A stretch of 64,000 bases of DNA from Bifidobacterium sp. (GTDB taxonomy: Bacteria; Actinomycetota; Actinomycetes; Actinomycetales; Bifidobacteriaceae): NCBI RefSeq assembly GCF_050874245.1, contig NZ_JBNMKH010000001.1:9140-73139 (forward strand). The letters run 5' to 3'. Both the position numbers and the translations under genes were made by a program. Of the stretch, positions 8,490 through 19,073 are shown in pieces (the first letter of the stretch is position 1; every line of letters starts with the position of its first letter). The notes under the pieces were generated by a model. That model saw only the letters and a program-made list of their open reading frames with translations, ran no database searches and had not been told where the DNA came from.

Positions 8490-9032
8490 ATGAACATCAC
8501 CGTGTATCTCGGCGCGCATAAAGGCAACGATCCGTCCTATAAGGAAGCCGTTGAGGAATTGGGCGCATGGATCGCTGACAGCGGCAATCGTCTGGTGTAC
8601 GGCGGATCCGATGAGGGATTGATGGCGGATATCGCCGATTCCGTACTATCCCACGGCGGCGAAGTGACCGGCATCGAGGCACAGATGTTCGCGGACCGAG
8701 GTGTCGCGCATACAGGATTGACCGAATTGGTCATCGTGCCGGACATCACCGAACGTCGTACGCGCATGATCGAGCTTGGCGATGTGTTCATCGCCTTCCC
8801 CGGCGGCACGGGCACTTTGGAGGAAATCAGCGAGGTCGTGTCGAAAATCTGCCTCAGCCAGCTGTCCCAACCGTGCATTTTCTATAATCTCAACGGTTTC
8901 TACGACGATATGAAGGCTTTCCTGCAGCGGATGGTCGATGAGGGTTTCTCCACCGCGGACCGGCAACGAGGCATCTATTTCGCGTCCAACCTAGCGGAAA
9001 TCGAACGAATCATCGCCGGTTCCCGCCCATAG
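8490..9032 (+). CDS. LOG-family (TIGR00730) Rossmann-fold nucleotide phosphoribohydrolase
   Basis: LVYGG, GLM, R..RMIELGD, FPGGTGTLEE motif; AAGGAGG RBS. Confidence 0.9.
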   Translation: MNITVYLGAHKGNDPSYKEAVEELGAWIADSGNRLVYGGSDEGLMADIADSVLSHGGEVTGIEAQMFADRGVAHTGLTELVIVPDITERRTRMIELGDVFIAFPGGTGTLEEISEVVSKICLSQLSQPCIFYNLNGFYDDMKAFLQRMVDEGFSTADRQRGIYFASNLAEIERIIAGSRP

Positions 9033-9088
9033 GCCACCCCTGCGGCACCTCCACATGCTTGTCCGTTCCGGGATTCGAATGGTTGGAA

Positions 9089-10018
9089 TCATGCCACCGG
9101 CAACACCGCGTGCAGAACCGTCATGATCGCCAATCCGATGACCGCGGTGACGGTCAGTGAGAAGCCGGCAAGCTTGGCGTTGCCGGTCAACGAATCTGTG
9201 AATTTCGTGGAGAAGATCGTCACCGGAGCGAATGCGGCCAACACCACGATTTCGCGGACACGCTCGTCGAGCGGCAGCAGAAACCAAGCGGCCAATGCGA
9301 TGATGATGCTGAACAGGAACCGCCATGCTATGACCTTGCCGAGTTCCGAACGGTCCTTATGGTTGTCGGGAATCTCCATCATGAGGCCGATCATGGCCAT
9401 CGCGGCGAACGCGTTGGCGTTGGCGAATGGCGTGATGAGCGTGACTATCCATTGCGGCACGCTCCATCCGGCAAACATGAACACCAGCATGAGCACGTAG
9501 CAGTCGAATGAGATCGACGAATAGAAGTCATGGGCGATGTTCTTGATTTTCAGACTCAATGGCAGATTTTTGGTCGGGCTTCCCAGATGCAGCAACGAGC
9601 GGGTAATGGTCAGGGATGCGGCGGTGGCGATGATGGCGTTGCCGATATCAAGCATGATGACCGGCAGACCGGCGCTTGGTCCCATGAAGGTCTGCACCAC
9701 CGGCAAGCAGAACGCGCCGATGTTCAGTCCGGACGCGTTAAGCATCTGGTAGGCGCGATACCGCGGCTCGTCACCTCGTGATCCGAAGTACACGACGAAC
9801 AGCGGAATCATGCAGGCGAACAATCCGAAAACCACCAGCCACAGCAGATTCATCGGATGCTTGTTCGTGGCGAAGCTCATTACGATGGCACAAGGCAGAG
9901 TGAGGTTGAACACCAGGCCCTGCACCACTTTGTATGATTTGTCCGAAAAAATATGGATGCGCTTGAGCAGATAAACGCTGATGATGACGAGTAGCAATGA
10001 TCCGGCTTGGAACAACAT
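9089..10018 (-). CDS. AEC (auxin efflux carrier/malate permease) family transporter
   Basis: About 10 TM helices, LTLPC, NIGAFCLP; start trimmed to MLFQAG. Confidence 0.8.
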   Translation of the reverse strand: MLFQAGSLLLVIISVYLLKRIHIFSDKSYKVVQGLVFNLTLPCAIVMSFATNKHPMNLLWLVVFGLFACMIPLFVVYFGSRGDEPRYRAYQMLNASGLNIGAFCLPVVQTFMGPSAGLPVIMLDIGNAIIATAASLTITRSLLHLGSPTKNLPLSLKIKNIAHDFYSSISFDCYVLMLVFMFAGWSVPQWIVTLITPFANANAFAAMAMIGLMMEIPDNHKDRSELGKVIAWRFLFSIIIALAAWFLLPLDERVREIVVLAAFAPVTIFSTKFTDSLTGNAKLAGFSLTVTAVIGLAIMTVLHAVLPVA

Positions 10019-10255
10019 ACGGCCGAGTATAGGAGCGTCATCCGCGCATTGCGGGACCACCCGACACAATGTGACCGTGCGGCGCGGATTTGCATGCCGT
10101 CCAGTCATGACATTCAGGGTAGCGCTCGAAAACATTCATTCAATATTCGGATACGTGGGAAACCTGAGAATCGCCGCAAACCACTGAAGAACTCCGACAT
10201 CCATCTGAAAAACAACGTGTGTCCCATCTTCCCCGATCGGAAACCGTGGATGGTC

Positions 10256-10261
10256 TATAAT
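10256..10261 (+). promoter_or_regulatory. -10 box (TATAAT) upstream of the tandem-RHH gene
   Basis: Perfect TATAAT about 130 nt before the TTG start; no clear -35. Confidence 0.45.
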
Positions 10262-10389
10262 ATGTTCCGAGCATCGGAGGGTGGGGCAAGTGCCACCCCA
10301 AGAAGCCGCAAAGAAAGGCCATGGGACCGGTTTTCACCGGCTCGGCCGGAACATACGGAATCCGTATACGCTTGGAGAGGTGATTCGAT

Positions 10390-10803
10390 TTGGATCAAAG
10401 CGAAGTCCAACCTCAATTCGACGACGTCGACGGATTCGCGCACGTCTTCGATTCGACGCTTCCCGAAGATGAGTGGAAGATTCGTCTACCTCGAGAGCTC
10501 GGACTGCGGGCACGGGAACGGGCCAAGCATGATGGCATCACACTCACCGAGCTGACCCGCAGGGCGCTCGAACGTGACGATTCCGACGGAAGCTTCGACG
10601 CGGTAGGCCTTGGACGCATGCCCAAGCAAGGCAACGGACGCGAACAGCTCGGCGACGAATGGAAAATCAGACTGCCCTACGAAGTGGGGCGAAAAGCCCG
10701 CAGACAAGCCAAAAAAGACGGGATTTCTCTGAGCTCGCTCGCCCGTAGGGCGGTCACCGGATTTCTTGAGGCACGTGACTCGGAGGAACGGCCGCTGTTC
10801 TGA
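10390..10803 (+). CDS. Small protein with two tandem ribbon-helix-helix-like repeats (CopG/HicB-RHH-like)
   Basis: GGAGAGG RBS then TTG. Repeats DEWKIRLPRELGLRARERAKHDGITLTELTRRAL and DEWKIRLPYEVGRKARRQAKKDGISLSSLARRAV. Confidence 0.7.
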   Translation: MDQSEVQPQFDDVDGFAHVFDSTLPEDEWKIRLPRELGLRARERAKHDGITLTELTRRALERDDSDGSFDAVGLGRMPKQGNGREQLGDEWKIRLPYEVGRKARRQAKKDGISLSSLARRAVTGFLEARDSEERPLF

Positions 10804-10854
10804 CAAAAAAGATGGGGTGCATGCCCGGTAGGAAACCGTGGTACGCACCCCATT
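10804..10854 (-). terminator. Intrinsic terminator between convergent der and RHH genes
   Basis: ATGGGGTGC...GCACCCCAT stem with an adjacent A6 tract on the plus strand (U-tract on minus). Confidence 0.7.
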
Positions 10855-10870
10855 ATCGAAATCGCTGATG

Positions 10871-13000
10871 CTACTTGCGCTTCTTCTTCTCACGCACGTT
10901 CACCGAAATCTGAATCGGCGAGCCTTCAAAACCGAATTCCTCACGCAGACAACGCTCGATATAACGACGGTAGCCATGCTCAAGGAAGCCCGTGGCAAAG
11001 ATCACAAAACGCGGCGGACGCGTGGAAGCCTGCGTGGCGAACAGGATTCGAGGCTGCTTGCCACCACGCAACGGATGCGGATGAGCCGCCTGAATCTTGC
11101 CGAGGAACGCGTTGAGCTTGCCGGTCGGAATACGCTTGTCCCACGATTCCAGAGCTCCGCGCATGGCGTTGGCCAGACGGTTGGTATGCCACCCGGTCTT
11201 CGCCGACAGGTTCACACGCTGCGCCCAGGTCACACGGTTGAACTCGGTCTTCCACAGACGTTCCATACGCTGGCGGTCGAAATCGTCCATCAGATCCCAC
11301 TTGTTGAACACGAGCACGATGCATCGGCCCGCGTCCACGGCCTGGCTCATGACCTTCAGGTCCTGATCGGAAATCGGCTGGGACGCATCGAACAGCACCA
11401 AAGCGAGCTCGGAACGCTCGATGGCGGCCTGTGTACGCAGCGAGGAGAAATACTCCGCACCGGACAGCTTGTGCAGGCGACGTTTGATGCCGGCGGTATC
11501 GATGAACAGCCAGTCCTCGCCATCGACGGTGACGACCTCATCGACCGGATCGCGCGTGGTGCCGGCCAGATCATTGACGACGCTACGCTCCTCATGGGCA
11601 AGTTGGTTCAGCAGGGACGATTTGCCGACGTTCGGACGACCGACCAACGCCACTCGACGCAGATGAGACGGCGTGAGGAAACCGGAGGTCTTTTCGGCCT
11701 TTTTCAACGAATCGAGCGCGGCATCCAGCAATTCACCGATGCCCCTGCCATGCATGGCGGAGATGCCGTACGGCTCGCCCAGACCCATCTTCCAGAATTC
11801 TGCGGTCAGATATTCGCTCTCGCGATCATCGACCTTGTTCACGGCAAGCGTCACCGGTTTGCCGGCGGCACGCAGCATTCTGACGATGCGTTCGTCGGTG
11901 TCGGTGAGACCGACAAGACCGTCCACCACGAGAATAACGGCGTCAGCCAGCTGGACCGCGATCTGCGCTTGGGATGCGATGGCGGATTCGATGCCTTCCA
12001 CGTCGGCTTCCCAACCGCCCGTATCAACCAGTTTGAAATCGGTTCCGCACCATTCCGCGTCGTAACTCACACGGTCACGGGTCACTCCCGGCGTGTCCTC
12101 CACGACGGCGGCGCGACGGCCAAGAATACGGTTCACCAGCGTGGATTTGCCTACATTCGGACGCCCCACCACGGCGAGCACTCCGACCGGCTTCGGCCCA
12201 TTCTGACGTTCGCCGCCGGAGAACGCGGATCCATCGATCAGAGCCTCATCGCCTTCATCAAGGTCGTATCCCTCGAGATTGGAAACATACTGACGGTATT
12301 CCTGCTCCTCGATGGCGTCGTCGACGATGCGGATCAGCACGTCGAGCGTCTCGCCGAAATCAAGGTCGGAATTATCGACGGTCAGCACGCCTTCCGCGGC
12401 GGAAGTGAAATTCGTGACCTTCGAATCGGCCTTGTCGCGGGCCGCGACGTTCTCCGCACCCACGCCGGAGGCGGCCTGTCCGCTGCGGCGGGCCTGACGC
12501 ACTTCCTCACGGGCGGTGAGCAGGATGCGAACCTCGGCATCAGGGGCGACGACCGTGGTGATGTCGCGGCCTTCCGCGACCACGCCGGAGCCTTCGGAGA
12601 AGGAGTCGGAGGATGCCTCGCGTGCGATGTAGGCACGCTGCGCGGCGATCAGGACGTGGCGTACCGGAATGATGTTCGATACCTTGGACACATGCGAGGA
12701 GACCTCGGAAGAACGTATGGCTTCGCTGATGTCCTCGTCGTCGGCATACACTTTCGGATCGTCCGGATCGACGCTGATATCGAAATGGCCGTCGGTGAAG
12801 AACTCCCCTACCGTCTCGGTGATGAGCTGTTCGTCAACCGTCTCGGCATCCAAATCGATGCCCTTGTGCATGCACCACCAGGCACATGCGCGGTACATGG
12901 CACCCGTGTCGAGGTATGCGAAACCGTAATACTTGGCCAACGCCTTGGACGTGGAGGATTTGCCGACGCCGGCGGGCCCATCGATGGCTACACGGATCAC
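10871..13000 (-). CDS. cmk-der: Bifunctional cytidylate kinase / ribosome biogenesis GTPase Der
   Basis: N-terminal [11 protein letters not shown] (Cmk); two G-domains (GRPNVGKS twice, DTGG/DTAG, NKVD/NKWD); C-terminal KH-like domain. Confidence 0.97.
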   Translation of the reverse strand: MIRVAIDGPAGVGKSSTSKALAKYYGFAYLDTGAMYRACAWWCMHKGIDLDAETVDEQLITETVGEFFTDGHFDISVDPDDPKVYADDEDISEAIRSSEVSSHVSKVSNIIPVRHVLIAAQRAYIAREASSDSFSEGSGVVAEGRDITTVVAPDAEVRILLTAREEVRQARRSGQAASGVGAENVAARDKADSKVTNFTSAAEGVLTVDNSDLDFGETLDVLIRIVDDAIEEQEYRQYVSNLEGYDLDEGDEALIDGSAFSGGERQNGPKPVGVLAVVGRPNVGKSTLVNRILGRRAAVVEDTPGVTRDRVSYDAEWCGTDFKLVDTGGWEADVEGIESAIASQAQIAVQLADAVILVVDGLVGLTDTDERIVRMLRAAGKPVTLAVNKVDDRESEYLTAEFWKMGLGEPYGISAMHGRGIGELLDAALDSLKKAEKTSGFLTPSHLRRVALVGRPNVGKSSLLNQLAHEERSVVNDLAGTTRDPVDEVVTVDGEDWLFIDTAGIKRRLHKLSGAEYFSSLRTQAAIERSELALVLFDASQPISDQDLKVMSQAVDAGRCIVLVFNKWDLMDDFDRQRMERLWKTEFNRVTWAQRVNLSAKTGWHTNRLANAMRGALESWDKRIPTGKLNAFLGKIQAAHPHPLRGGKQPRILFATQASTRPPRFVIFATGFLEHGYRRYIERCLREEFGFEGSPIQISVNVREKKKRK

Positions 13001-13770
13001 AGGCCCACCGCCTTGGACAGGGAGCGGACCTCGGTCTGCGACAGCACACGGTACGTGCCGCTCTTCAGATCACCGAGCTTGATCGGACCGATCTGGGTGC
13101 GCACCAAACGTCTCACCGGGAAGCCGATCGAGCCGAAGATACGACGTACAATACGATTTTTTCCGGAATGCAGCACGACCTTGACAAGGGTGCTCTCTCG
13201 ATTGGCATCGAGAATCGCGCAACGGTCGAGCTTGATCCAGCCATCGTCGAGCTTCACGCCGGTCGTGACGAGACGACGGCACACCTGGCCGCTGATACGG
13301 CCTTCCAGTGTGGCGATGTAGGTTTTCTCCACCTCGTACTTGGGGTGCATGACGTGCTGGCTCAACTCGCCATCGTTCGTCATGAGAATCAGGCCTTCCG
13401 AATCATAGTCCAGACGGCCCATATGGAAGATACGCTCGTACTTGTCGCCCACGATGTCGCGTAGGGTGTAACGTCCCTTCGGATCCTCCATGGCGCTCAA
13501 CACGCGCTTCGGCTTGTTCAATGCAAGCGTGACATGGTTCGGATTCACGCGGACGCGGGAACCGTCGACACGCACCTCCTGATGCTTTGGATCGACGCGG
13601 GTGCCAAGCTCGGTGACCAACTCGCCATCGATCTCGACACGACCATCGGTTATGATCTCCTCGCATTTACGGCGGGAACCAAAACCCGCCTGGGCAAGAA
13701 GCTTCTGCAGGCGAATGCCTTCATTATCATGATTGTGCGCCTTGGCGGCGCGGGAATATGCGTTTGGCAT
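12997..13770 (-). CDS. rluB: RsuA/RluB-family pseudouridine synthase
   Basis: S4 domain [13 protein letters not shown]; catalytic [10 protein letters not shown]; GTGA overlap with cmk-der. Confidence 0.93.
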   Translation of the reverse strand: MPNAYSRAAKAHNHDNEGIRLQKLLAQAGFGSRRKCEEIITDGRVEIDGELVTELGTRVDPKHQEVRVDGSRVRVNPNHVTLALNKPKRVLSAMEDPKGRYTLRDIVGDKYERIFHMGRLDYDSEGLILMTNDGELSQHVMHPKYEVEKTYIATLEGRISGQVCRRLVTTGVKLDDGWIKLDRCAILDANRESTLVKVVLHSGKNRIVRRIFGSIGFPVRRLVRTQIGPIKLGDLKSGTYRVLSQTEVRSLSKAVGL

Positions 13771-13880
13771 CGTTCTCCCAACGTGGCCGGATAATACTTA
13801 TAGGGACTGCTGGTAGTATGGCAGTCGTTCGGCGATTTTCAGAAACCGCAACTTATCTACTATATGACAGAGGAAAGACT

Positions 13881-14819
13881 ATGACTGCTGTTGAAGCAAC
13901 GTCCGTAACAGAGGAAGAACAAAGCAAGCCACTGGCCCTGCGCGTCGGCGCGGAACTGGTCGGTAGCTTCATCGTCTGCTTCGCCATCTACTCGATCTGC
14001 ACGTTCGGTTCCGCGATCTACGGCGTGAACATGGCGTTCATCGCGCCACTGACCGGATTGGCGTATGCCGCCGTCACCATGATGCTCGGCGCGGTCTCCG
14101 GAGCCCAGTTCAACCCCGCGATCTCCATCGCGTCGATGCTTGTCGGCAAGACCCACGTGCTCGATGGGATTCTCTACATCATCGCGCAGGTTCTAGGTGG
14201 CATCGGCGCTGGCGCCGTGACCCGTTTTCTGTTGCCGACCTCCGAACAGGTGACGTTGAAAATCTGGAAGACGCCGGTGATCAACGGCGTCGACAAGAAC
14301 TCCGTCTCCTACGCCACACTCGGTAGCTATGGTGTGTCCTTCAGCATTACCCTCGCCATTGTCGTCGAGCTCATCGCCGGCATCATCATCGTCGCGACCG
14401 CGCTGAACACTGCCGGCGCCAACGGGAAGTCGAACACCCAGCGCGCCATCGCCATGGGATTCGCCTATGGCGTCGGCGCCGCAATCACCTATCCGGTCAC
14501 CGGAGCCGCGTTGAATCCGGCGCGTGCCACCGGCATCGCCATCTTCGCCCAGAATCAGGGTCTTTCCCAGGAGCCGCTCCAGCAGCTGTGGGTTTTCTGG
14601 ATCTGCCCGATTCTCGCAGCCGCCATCGTCGCTCTGGCCGCCATCGTCGTATCCATCATCGGTGCAAAGAAAAGCGCTTCGAAATCCGAGCAGGATTCCG
14701 AAGCGCTTGAAAACGTCTTGGACGGCGACGCATCAGTCGATGCCGACAGGCACGAGGGCGAGCAGGATGAACAGTCCAACGCCCAGACCGATGCCGATGA
14801 AAGCGTCGAAGCCGACTGA
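13881..14819 (+). CDS. MIP/aquaporin family channel
   Basis: Two NPA motifs (FNPA, LNPARA), six TM helices, acidic C-tail; start trimmed to the ATG after GAGGAAAG. Confidence 0.92.
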   Translation: MTAVEATSVTEEEQSKPLALRVGAELVGSFIVCFAIYSICTFGSAIYGVNMAFIAPLTGLAYAAVTMMLGAVSGAQFNPAISIASMLVGKTHVLDGILYIIAQVLGGIGAGAVTRFLLPTSEQVTLKIWKTPVINGVDKNSVSYATLGSYGVSFSITLAIVVELIAGIIIVATALNTAGANGKSNTQRAIAMGFAYGVGAAITYPVTGAALNPARATGIAIFAQNQGLSQEPLQQLWVFWICPILAAAIVALAAIVVSIIGAKKSASKSEQDSEALENVLDGDASVDADRHEGEQDEQSNAQTDADESVEAD

Positions 14820-15017
14820 GCGCACTTTCCAGGGACTCCGCTCGCGCAACACGAGCCGAACCAGTCCCGTAACGATGGCCGTCACCGCGATCACCACGGT
14901 GGCGGCCTTCGTATATCCGATGACCGCCAGTACCGCGGCCACGACCACCATCGACGCGACGATCCATTCGAACCAAGGCTTGCCCTCATGGTCTTCGGAA
15001 ACGTAGGGATGACTCAT
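14733..15017 (-). CDS. DUF3017-like small membrane protein
   Basis: Three hydrophobic helices, LVRLVLRERSPWKVRSVGFD; overlaps the aquaporin 3' end. Confidence 0.7.
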   Translation of the reverse strand: MSHPYVSEDHEGKPWFEWIVASMVVVAAVLAVIGYTKAATVVIAVTAIVTGLVRLVLRERSPWKVRSVGFDAFIGIGLGVGLFILLALVPVGID

Positions 15018-15092
15018 ATCGCAGGCCTTTCGCTGTATATCGGCGTGTGGACGTGTGCCCAGACGCAAAAACAAAGGTAATCATAATATTAA

Positions 15093-15136
15093 GACGTGGC
15101 GTCCAAAAGCCAACACATGGTTTCGGACGCCACGTC
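15093..15136 (-). terminator. Hairpin downstream of purH
   Basis: 12-bp inverted repeat GACGTGGCGTCC/GGACGCCACGTC with an AT-rich tail on the minus strand. Confidence 0.55.
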
Positions 15137-15186
15137 ATTTGCAATGTCGCCGCATGTCCACGGACATCAGGCGACAGACATGGGAC

Positions 15187-16815
15187 TCAGTGGAAGAAAT
15201 GGCGGGTGCCGGTCACGTACATGGTGACGCCGGCCTTACGGGCCGCTTCGAACACTTCCTCGTCGCGGATGGATCCGCCAGGCTGCACGATGGCCTTGAC
15301 GCCGGCGTTGATCAGGATCTCGGCGCCATCGGCGAATGGGAAGAAGGCATCAGACGCCGCCACCGCGCCCTTGGTGCGGTTGGCGCCGTCAGCCAGCGTG
15401 TTGGCACGTTCGACGGACAGGTTCGCGGAATCCACCCGGTTGACCTGTCCCATGCCGATGCCGACTGTCGCCTGGTCATGTGCAATGAGAATGGCATTGG
15501 ATTTGACGCAACGGATGGCTCGCCATGCGAATACCAGATCCCTGACGGTTTCGGCGTCGGCAGGTTCGCCGGACACCAACTTCCACGCGTTCGGATCGTC
15601 GCCCGGAGCGTCGATCAGGTCCGTGGACTGTACCAGCAGGCCGCCGTCGATTTGACGGAACTGGGTCTTGGTCTTCGGCGGCTCGGACACCTTCAGGATA
15701 CGCAGGTTCTTCTTCTTGGTCTTCAGCAGCTCAAGCGCGTCCGCATCGTAGTCGGGAGCGACGATGACTTCGGTGAAGATCGGACGGACGCTTTCGGCCA
15801 TCTCCATGGTGACCTTGCTGTTGGCGGCGATCACGCCGCCGTATGCGCTCATCGGATCGCAGGCATGCGCTTTTTTATGCGCCTCGGCGACGGTCGCTCC
15901 GATGGCCAGACCGCAAGGATTGTTGTGCTTGACCACGGCGACCGCGATCTGCGGAGCGAAATCCCATACCGCACGCCATGCGGCGTCAGCATCAACATAG
16001 TTGTTGTAGCTCATCGGCTTGCCGCCGAGCTGCTCGGCATGAGCGAAACCGTTCTGGTCGAGCGGATCCAGATACAGCGAAGCCTGCTGATGGGGATTCT
16101 CGCCGTAGCGCAGCACATGCGCGCGATCCCAAGTGCGGGTGAACGTGGCTGGGAATTTGGATTCGTTCACCTCGGTCTCATCTTCAGCGTCCGTTTCCTG
16201 GATGGAGGCCGGCTTCGTCCAGTGCTTCGAGGTCCATTCGTTAATGGTGGCGTCGTACGCCGCGGTGTGGGCGAATGCCTTTCCGGCAAGCCAGCGACGC
16301 TCCTCAAGGGAGAAGCCCTCGCCGTTCTCGATGCGGGAGGCGACGAGTGCATAATCGTTCGGATCGGTGATGATGGCGACGGTGGCGCTGTTCTTGGCTG
16401 CGCCACGCACCATGGACGGACCGCCGATATCGATCTTTTCGATGGTGGCGGCCTCGTCGGCGCCGGATCGAACCGTGTCCGCGAACGGATACAGGTTGAC
16501 GACCACCAGGTCGAACGGCTTGATGCCGAACTTCTCGAGCTGCGCGGCATGATCGGGATTGGTCATGTCGGCAAGGATGCCCGCGTGGATATGCGGGTCG
16601 AGAGTCTTGACGCGGCCATCAAGGCATTCCGGGAAACCGGTGACCTCGGAGACCTCGGTCACCTTGACCCCCAACTCAGCCAGACGCTTCGCGGTGGAGC
16701 CGGTGGAAACCACCTCAGTGCCCGCCTTGATGAACGCCTTGGCGAGAACCTCAATGCCTTCCTTATGGAAGACTGACACCAGAGCCCGTCGTATCGGTCG
16801 ATTCGTTGTTGTCAC
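15187..16815 (-). CDS. purH: Bifunctional AICAR transformylase/IMP cyclohydrolase
   Basis: [38 protein letters not shown]; GTG start after GGAGG. Confidence 0.97.
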   Translation of the reverse strand: MTTTNRPIRRALVSVFHKEGIEVLAKAFIKAGTEVVSTGSTAKRLAELGVKVTEVSEVTGFPECLDGRVKTLDPHIHAGILADMTNPDHAAQLEKFGIKPFDLVVVNLYPFADTVRSGADEAATIEKIDIGGPSMVRGAAKNSATVAIITDPNDYALVASRIENGEGFSLEERRWLAGKAFAHTAAYDATINEWTSKHWTKPASIQETDAEDETEVNESKFPATFTRTWDRAHVLRYGENPHQQASLYLDPLDQNGFAHAEQLGGKPMSYNNYVDADAAWRAVWDFAPQIAVAVVKHNNPCGLAIGATVAEAHKKAHACDPMSAYGGVIAANSKVTMEMAESVRPIFTEVIVAPDYDADALELLKTKKKNLRILKVSEPPKTKTQFRQIDGGLLVQSTDLIDAPGDDPNAWKLVSGEPADAETVRDLVFAWRAIRCVKSNAILIAHDQATVGIGMGQVNRVDSANLSVERANTLADGANRTKGAVAASDAFFPFADGAEILINAGVKAIVQPGGSIRDEEVFEAARKAGVTMYVTGTRHFFH

Positions 16816-18151
16816 CCTGATCCTCCTTGTTGTTGTTTTTCGAGGCAACCGTACGTGACGCACGTGTTTCCTCACGGCTGGTTTTCGTGGAATCGGAAAC
16901 TACGCTTCCCTTTCCACGCTCGCGGATACGCCTTATCATCCAGCGTACGGCGAAAAATATGGATACGGCCACCAAAGTCAGGAGCCATGCGGAAAACAGA
17001 CCAATAGCGGTCGGTTGCCCCACTTTGCGTGTCGATGCGATCACATCGACGCCCACGTGCGCGAGATGCTTCGTTCCCAGTCCTCCGTCGCTCAGGGAGA
17101 ACAACAGGCTGGAAACCACAGACACCACGGCGCTTGCTATTGAGAAGGCCGCGATGGGATACGCGAAACTCATCACGACGTGTCTGACATCGATGTCCTG
17201 TTCGGGAGCACCCACCCTGATACGGAAACCCTTATTGAACAGCATGACGACCATGCCCATCACGAACGCGGCCGCCACGGGTGTGCACATCAGCGCGATC
17301 CTCACCCAATTCGTCTCAACCGCCTGCGGGAACAAACCGAATATCGGCAACGCGGGAAGACCTGCCCCCTGGCCGCTCCATAATGTGAACTCCGCCAGGT
17401 CACCGATGGAGAAACCCGCGCCGAAAGCCCAGGACACAGCCCAGATCATCAGATTGGGGAGCCACGCAAGCATGCTGATGGTGGTAAGGATACGCGATCC
17501 GTTCTGCATGCCGGACAGCTCATAGAGCCTCGCCACGGCCGACTGATTGCTGACCGCCCAAAAGATGACCGCGATCAATCCAACAACCAGATACACGGCG
17601 ACAAGCAGCAAGCCCAATGCGGAACCTATGATCACCGTCCTGCGAACAGGCGATGAGACGTGCCGGGTGAGCCATGCCATGCAGTCCTTAGTTCGTTCAG
17701 CTTGCGGAATCGCCGCGATGGCATAGCCAATGGCGAAAATGATGGCGGTTTTGACGATGATCGTCATCATCGAATCGACGAGTCCGACCTCGACGCTTCT
17801 CATGAAAAAGACGTTCATCAGCTCCCAAAGCGTCAATCCGGCGACGAAGCCTCGCCAGCTCGTACCGAAACGCCCTGCCACTTGCCTGATGAGTGCGATG
17901 AGCAGCAACGTGAGCAGCAATGGAATGATCGTCAGTGTGACGGCGCCGGACTTGAAACCGGTTCCCTGACTGAGCAGTATCAACGCCTCAGTCAGGGAAA
18001 TGGAGAGGGCGGAAAGGTTATCTCCACCCTCTTCCATGGAAATGACCAGAAGCATCAGTGCCATATAGCAACCGAGGGCAACGGCATAGATGATCATGGA
18101 CGTTGCCGCTACGGCAAGCCCCTTCAGCCAATACTTCAGGTTCGTTATCAT
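16763..18151 (-). CDS. DUF6350 / PerM-like multi-pass membrane protein
   Basis: Many TM helices, WLPNLMIWA motif; position after sucD as in actinobacterial perM loci; ATGA overlap with sucD. Confidence 0.8.
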   Translation of the reverse strand: MITNLKYWLKGLAVAATSMIIYAVALGCYMALMLLVISMEEGGDNLSALSISLTEALILLSQGTGFKSGAVTLTIIPLLLTLLLIALIRQVAGRFGTSWRGFVAGLTLWELMNVFFMRSVEVGLVDSMMTIIVKTAIIFAIGYAIAAIPQAERTKDCMAWLTRHVSSPVRRTVIIGSALGLLLVAVYLVVGLIAVIFWAVSNQSAVARLYELSGMQNGSRILTTISMLAWLPNLMIWAVSWAFGAGFSIGDLAEFTLWSGQGAGLPALPIFGLFPQAVETNWVRIALMCTPVAAAFVMGMVVMLFNKGFRIRVGAPEQDIDVRHVVMSFAYPIAAFSIASAVVSVVSSLLFSLSDGGLGTKHLAHVGVDVIASTRKVGQPTAIGLFSAWLLTLVAVSIFFAVRWMIRRIRERGKGSVVSDSTKTSREETRASRTVASKNNNKEDQGDNNESTDTTGSGVSLP

Positions 18152-19071
18152 AGCGAATGGGAAGCGAGCACCTCTCGCATGATCTCGGCGGTCTGGCCTG
18201 GCGTGCGTCCGACACGGATGCCGACGGCCTCAAGAGCCTCCTTCTTGTCCTGCGCGGTGCCCTTGCCTCCGGAGACGATGGCACCCGCATGGCCCATCTG
18301 CTTGCCTTCCGGCGCGGTGAAGCCCGCGATGTACGCCACGATCGGCTTAGTCATATGTTCGGAGGCCCATTTTGCGGCATCCTGCTCCGCATTTCCTCCG
18401 ATTTCGCCAATCATGACGACGGCCTTGGTCGCTTCGTCGTTTTCAAAGGCTTCCAGAGCCTCCTGCAACGTCGTTCCGACGATGGGATCGCCACCGGCGC
18501 CCAGGCATGCGGTGAATCCGATGTCTGACAATTCCCCCATCAGCTGATAGGTCAACGTGCCGGACTTGGACACCAGCCCCAGCGGACCACGGGAAACAAT
18601 GCCGTCCGGAATGATGCCGAGGTTGCATCCGCGTGTTTCCGGGGAGGACGGTAAGGTCAGCAGACCCGGGCAGTTCGGCCCGACGATGCGCACTCCCCTG
18701 CGCAGCGCGAGTTCGACGAAATACGCGCTGTCCGCGACCGGAATGCCTTCGGTGATGACCACAATCAGTTCGATGCCCGCCTCGATGGCCTCGACGACGG
18801 CGTCTTTGGCGAAACGCGGCGGCACGAACACGACGCTTGCCTTGGCGCCGGTGGCGGCGATGGCTTCCGAGCAGTCGGCGAACACATGGATGGTAGCATC
18901 CTCGCCATCCTTGGCCTTGGGGAATGTGACGTCCAATCCCGCCTTGCGGGCGTTGACACCGCCAACGATATTCGTTCCTGCCTTGAGCATGCGCGCGGTA
19001 TGGGTCATACCCTGATGCCCGGTCATGCCCTGGACGATGACGGGAGCGCCGTCTTCAATGAAAAGTGCCAT
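18148..19071 (-). CDS. sucD: Succinyl-CoA synthetase alpha subunit
   Basis: [20 protein letters not shown], phospho-His motif MGHAGA. Confidence 0.96.
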   Translation of the reverse strand: MALFIEDGAPVIVQGMTGHQGMTHTARMLKAGTNIVGGVNARKAGLDVTFPKAKDGEDATIHVFADCSEAIAATGAKASVVFVPPRFAKDAVVEAIEAGIELIVVITEGIPVADSAYFVELALRRGVRIVGPNCPGLLTLPSSPETRGCNLGIIPDGIVSRGPLGLVSKSGTLTYQLMGELSDIGFTACLGAGGDPIVGTTLQEALEAFENDEATKAVVMIGEIGGNAEQDAAKWASEHMTKPIVAYIAGFTAPEGKQMGHAGAIVSGGKGTAQDKKEALEAVGIRVGRTPGQTAEIMREVLASHSL

Positions 19072-19073
19072 GT

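Noticed and set aside
10239-10841. 11-bp direct repeat GGAAACCGTGG flanking the RHH gene (10239-10249 and 10831-10841) as a target-site or att duplication
   Set aside because: No recombinase or transposase nearby; one copy is in a terminator loop; similar GGAAACC strings recur in other intergenic regions (e.g. near 31335 and 45163).
10838-13321. 827-aa plus-strand ORF, and similar long ORFs such as 15055-16776, 23309-24571 and 25425-26843
   Set aside because: Antisense shadows of well-supported genes (cmk-der, purH, yebC, thrS) in high-GC DNA; no recognisable motifs.
16815-16900. ZTP (pfl) riboswitch upstream of purH
   Set aside because: The region is coding sequence of the perM-like gene; no ZTP consensus seen.
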